Under the pieces are notes generated by a model. That model worked only from the letters and a program-made list of their open reading frames with translations, did no database searches and was not told where the DNA came from. From Callorhinchus milii (Eukaryota), in contig NW_024704798.1 of NCBI RefSeq assembly GCF_018977255.1, positions 310,001 through 351,722 on the forward strand: a DNA stretch of 41,722 nt. Direction: 5' to 3'. Within the stretch, counting starts at the first letter, position 1; each line of letters opens with the position of its first letter. Shown piece after piece: positions 37,356 to 41,722 of this stretch. The position numbers were made by a program, and so were the translations under genes.

Positions 37356-38451
37356 CTGAAATATATACACAACATTTTAAAAAATCATTAACATTCTCTG
37401 CTCCTAACCTAAGTGAATCCCAAGATTGGCTTGAATTTGTTTGATATTTCACATTGTAAATGTGATAGTTAGAGCTTCGGGACGCCCTCCAGGTGAGAAA
37501 GGCACTACGTAAACGCCATTTATAGTTGTTAACTCCAGGATAACAGTACAATTTAAATTGAACTGATAATATATTAAAGAGGCACAATTCGTAATCTGGT
37601 TACTATTCGCTTGCTGTCTTTAGTCCTCTCTTTGTATGTTGGGTAACAAAGGATAAAGTTGTATTTTAATGGGCAAGGCTATGGGGAAACTTAGTGATTG
37701 TTCAGCTCTTCCAAATGGTCTGACATTCTGTGGTGTAATATTTAGTGATTCAATGATTTCATTTTGCTCAACACGGTATCTGAAATAGGCCGGAAGCCAT
37801 CAGGAAGCTTAACAGTACCGAAACCAAACTACGGTTCCTGTGCCTTTCTAACAATATGATCCAAGAATTCACACAATTTCACACAATGAGAAGCACCCTG
37901 CAAAGCCTGTCATTGAAAACAATGTCTTGCGAACTATTCCTCTGCTTGTCCAGCTTGCAAAACTGTACACTTCATTGCAACTTTTTCTTGCACGGTTAAT
38001 CGTAGCGGGGTGATAAGAGACTATATCCCCAGTTACTGGACTGCTCTCCCAAATCATGTAACCTTGGAGCCAATTCAGTTCCGAGGAGTTCGCCTTTTTA
38101 CTCCGATCGGGAGGATAGAGGGGATTTCTATCTGGCAGAGGCTACATGAATTGTTTACATCCATTAAATTGAAATAGGTCCTCTGCGCATATTCATCTGG
38201 TAACGATATCCAGGCAAAGTCGATGACTTTACATAACACGGAAATAAAAGCAGGTAATTTGAGTAGCAAGCTTCACAGTGGAAGCTGAATAATATTTTCC
38301 ACATTATAAACATTTTTTTTAAGATTGCTCAAGTGTATTGCTAAAATGGCACAGTTGCATACAATTGAGAGCAAATTGTTCGAAAAATGCATTTTACAAA
38401 TTATTGTAAATAAAATTTAATTGCATTCGATAGAATTTTTTTCTCACTCAC

Positions 38452-38506
38452 ATTTCGTTACAGTCACTTTGGTTCCTGATCCATCTTCTGTGTAATCATA
38501 TAATAC
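38452..38506 (-). CDS. NAR-TCR J segment, unit 3
   Basis: VLYDYTEDGSGTKVTVTK + t, donor gtgagt; RSS heptamer 38507-38513 / 23 / gcaaaatct. Confidence 0.87.
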
Positions 38507-38879
38507 CACAGTCACACAGCTCTCGTTCTTCAATGTGCAAAATCTGTTCTTTGAGATCAGGGTTTAATACTGGCACGAAAGCAAACAAATGCTGACAACT
38601 TGGTCATTGATTCCTATCTTTCCACCACCGTCCCATCTTCATATAATTAATTTGTACAAATCATATTTATTTTCAATACAATTTCCAACCAAACAAAGAC
38701 AAAGTGCACAGCCCATGGAATAAAACTTGGCAAATAATTCCATAAAATGTCTGCTTCAAATAATTAATTTTGAAAGCAAACTTTGGTCACATTAAATAGG
38801 CCACAGTTTACAGTGATTAAGTTTCACATATTTTCATGAAAATAGCTGCGCAGTATTTGTGCTAATGTTATTCAATGTG

Positions 38880-38895
38880 ACCAACACTCAGTACG
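38880..38895 (-). CDS. NAR-TCR D segment, unit 3 (12/12 RSS)
   Basis: Coding cgtactgagtgttggt (RTECW / VLSVG); heptamer 38896-38902 / 12 / gcaaaaatc and heptamer 38873-38879 / 12 / acaaatact. Confidence 0.82.
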
Positions 38896-39274
38896 CACAG
38901 TATTTAATGTCCATGCAAAAATCAGTGGATGGAAAAACATTTGAAATGCTTTCTGCCATTTACCAATGGTCATTCAATGGTGTAACGTGTAACATTATTT
39001 TGAATATTGTCTTTTACATGTTGTCTGTCTCTTCGAATAAACCGTTATTTATAGGAATCCAAGCAAAGTTCTTACATCAGTAATTACTTACTTTTCTTAA
39101 GTGTTCGTAACCAATGGTCGTGTCTCAAAGGCAGTGCTATTAAACATCGTTGTACAACACATACTAATGGGGAATGTGCATTGAACTCATTGACAAGTTC
39201 AAAATATCTGTGTTTTAACTGCGAGTTGGTGAAGGGGCTTTTTGTATTGTTTGAAGCCCAGATACAGCATTGTG

Positions 39275-39580
39275 AATCCTCACCAAAGCTTATAGCGTAC
39301 CAGCAATATCGAGCCTTACAGGAATAGTCAGCGCTGTCTTCAACTTGCAAACCATTAATTTCCAGAGAAGAGGACCACGATCCGTTGTCTGTCTTTACAA
39401 CAAACCATGCTTCACGAGGGATGGGCTTCCAATTTCTTTCATTTGGAAACCGCCTATAAAACTCCATACTTTTGAATTTGCTTTGATAACTTGCTGAGAA
39501 GACACAGTTGATGGTTAAAGAGTCGCATTCTTCTCTTCTCACAGGAGACGGTGTCTGCGTTACTTTAGCGCTGAAAACAT
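39275..39580 (-). CDS. NAR-TCR V exon, unit 3, with extended germline CDR3
   Basis: VFSAKVTQTPSPVRREECDSLTINC...DSADYSCKARYCWYAISFGED; RSS cacaatg 39268-39274 / 22 / acaaaaagc. Confidence 0.9.
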
Positions 39581-39966
39581 CTGAAAATTATTCACAATAT
39601 TACATCAGTTTAACAGAGCTTCAAATTTGACCACTTCTATTGCAAATCCATTACAAGCGTTGGCCTGTTTTCCCTTGATATCAGCAAATATAATATAATC
39701 ATGATTATGTAATATAATTATAATATGATTAGTACATATTATTGTAATATATAACGAAATTAAAGCAAAATAATTGACTGCCGCGTTTCGCCCACAAAAT
39801 ACAAAGTTATTTCAGTACACAAACCATTGATTGAAGCGACCTGAGACGTCCCATCCACATCTTAACGCTACACACCAATTACACGGATTATTTATATTGT
39901 GCAAATATAGTATTGATCACATTCACTGCTGCAGTGTAGTGCTGTGTTGTGGAAACAACCACTTAC

Positions 39967-40009
39967 ATTGTAAGAAGAGGAAGGAGATGGAGAAACAGAG
40001 GAGAGACAT
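39967..40009 (-). CDS. Leader exon of NAR-TCR V unit 3
   Basis: MSLLCFSISFLFLQ + t, donor gtaagt. Confidence 0.88.
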
Positions 40010-40406
40010 CCTCTCACCGCTGGGAGATACCGTCAGCCCCGGACAACTCAGAGTGTCTGTGAGTAACACAGGGCTGTTCTGTAAGAGTGTTGGAGACTTG
40101 GTTTATTTGTGATGAACAGCGTCACATCATGGCTGGTGTCAGCGCCTTTGAGAGGTGGGCGGGGTGTGTTTTGGGGGTGGAGGGGAAGAACATACATGAG
40201 GAAAGGGACTGACTACCTGCGATCGAGAGCAGTGGGCAGAGAGGGCGATTTGTGGATGACTGTTCGAGGCTCATTTAGGTTTAAATGGACCGTTGACGTG
40301 GAAGCTAACGGGAGGGAGTATAACCTGACACTGTGATTGCGACAAAGGCTGTATGATGTAGAGACTATACTAAGAATGGGGAAGGAGACATAAAGAAACT
40401 ACTTAC

Positions 40407-40612
40407 ACACCTTTGACTTGGAGTTAGTTATATTACAGTGACCAGCAGCAGGACGGGGAGGCCGGTCAAGGCAGCAGAGAGTTAGCGAGATCTGGGTGAT
40501 GATGGGTGGGAAGGTCGGTTGAGAAATTGGGGTAAAGTAGTATGGGGTGGAGCGGTTGTAACATCGGTTATAAAATCCGTGGGGATAGAGTGAGTGACAA
40601 AGCGATGATGGT
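40407..40612 (-). pseudogene. Stalk/TM-like exon paralogue with stops
   Basis: 206 nt (unit 1 length + 12 in frame); acceptor cag->cgg; two TAA codons; LSAALTGLPVLLLVTV. Confidence 0.4.
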
Positions 40613-40799
40613 CCGCAGGGGGACATGGAGGTGGAAGAGAATGCAGTTAATATGATGATGAATATTCAGCGTAGCATGCGAAGAGGTTTATCACGACTTA
40701 ACGATATGGTAATGCACTGTATTATATACAAGTATTATTATTAATCCCTGACTTGGCCTGTCTGTCTCTATGTTCCTGCGTCTTTGTATCTGTTTTTCT

Positions 40800-40955
40800 N
40801 NNNNNNNNNNNNNNNNNNNNNNNNNNNNNNNNNNNNNNNNNNNNNNNNNNNNNNNNNNNNNNNNNNNNNNNNNNNNNNNNNNNNNNNNNNNNNNNNNNNN
40901 NNNNNNNNNNNNNNNNNNNNNNNNNNNNNNNNNNNNNNNNNNNNNNNNNNNNNNN
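40800..40955. other. Assembly gap within a microsatellite tract
   Basis: N run. Confidence 0.95.
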
Positions 40956-41722
40956 CTTTGAATCGTTAGGAAACTTTTCTGGCTGCCCAAAAACACACAC
41001 ACGCACACACACGCACACACGCACGCCTCTGTTTCGTGGTAAGAGCAACCCCGCTTGTTTTTCGAACGTTGCATCGCTTTCCAGCGGAGCAATCTCCACA
41101 ATATAATAATAATAAATGAATTATTAGTCCATCACTAAATAAGGAAAGCCGCCTATTTCAAGCGAAACGTACCAATGATGGGCCGCGTTTCGCCCACAAA
41201 ACACAGTCTGCAAAGTGCTTGGTGGCGTCTCGTTGACGTAATGAGGCGCTGTATAAAAGGAAAGGATTATTAATGTTATTCATTTTTGTCACAAATGTCA
41301 TTGAGCTTCAGCACCGTGGTGATTTAGGGATGTGAGGAGGATCTGCTCACAAGAGGGATCAGAAGTTGGGGATTATTTTTTGACCTGAACGATGAACCAG
41401 GAGGACAAAACAGTTTGGGACTGTGTGTGAGGGAGAGGAGATAGTTTTGAACATGTTGGGGCCGCTTTATTCTTATAATCCTAATAATCCTTGCATTGCA
41501 TATGAATCCTTATCACGACGCAAAGGGATTCGCAAAATACACTGTTGAGTTGATTGATTTTATATTTCCTTGGAAAGATAAATCATCCAATTTTGCACAG
41601 CAGTGTCCCAAAAACCATCGCAGATTGAGCGACCGAATTTATGTTTTATTCATGTGTATATTTACTTGCTTAAAAAAACAATGTATGCGTTTTCGTTTTT
41701 AAATAACATAGTTTTATTATCT

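Noticed and set aside
37450-37500. ttacaat|gtgaaa resembling the end of a NAR leader upstream of the joined exon
   Set aside because: It lies within a degenerate SINE tail (gggacgccctccaggtgagaaaggcac) and has no ATG or hydrophobic core.

Overview
Eukaryotic genomic DNA from a cartilaginous fish (the NAR-TCR content points to this class; a chimaera is a guess). It is part of the V region of the T-cell receptor alpha/delta locus, with all gene segments on the minus strand. The window is built from about three tandem copies of a ~16-kb unit plus the leader of a fourth. The complete units (2 and 3) contain an IgNAR-like NAR-TCR cluster (leader, VNAR with 22-bp RSS, D with 12/12 RSS, J with 23-bp RSS), a leaderless 'supporting' V-delta with an extra CDR1 Cys, and several conventional TRAV/TRDV segments, many of them pseudogenes. 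Unit 1 keeps leader, V and D but has lost its J and supporting V. tRNA-derived Deu-type SINEs, L2 remnants, microsatellites and three N gaps are interspersed. Main discovery candidate: a germline pre-joined VNAR V(D)J exon (37005-37355) with no recognisable leader lies between the rearranging NAR cluster 3 and its supporting V-delta. It has phase-1 splice sites on both sides and a matching set of extra cysteines, which predicts a TCR-delta chain with THREE stacked V domains (rearranged VNAR - invariant VNAR - rearranged V-delta - C-delta). A stalk/TM-like exon repeated upstream of the NAR leaders in units 1-3 is also unexplained. All coordinates and translations were read by hand; no database searches were run.
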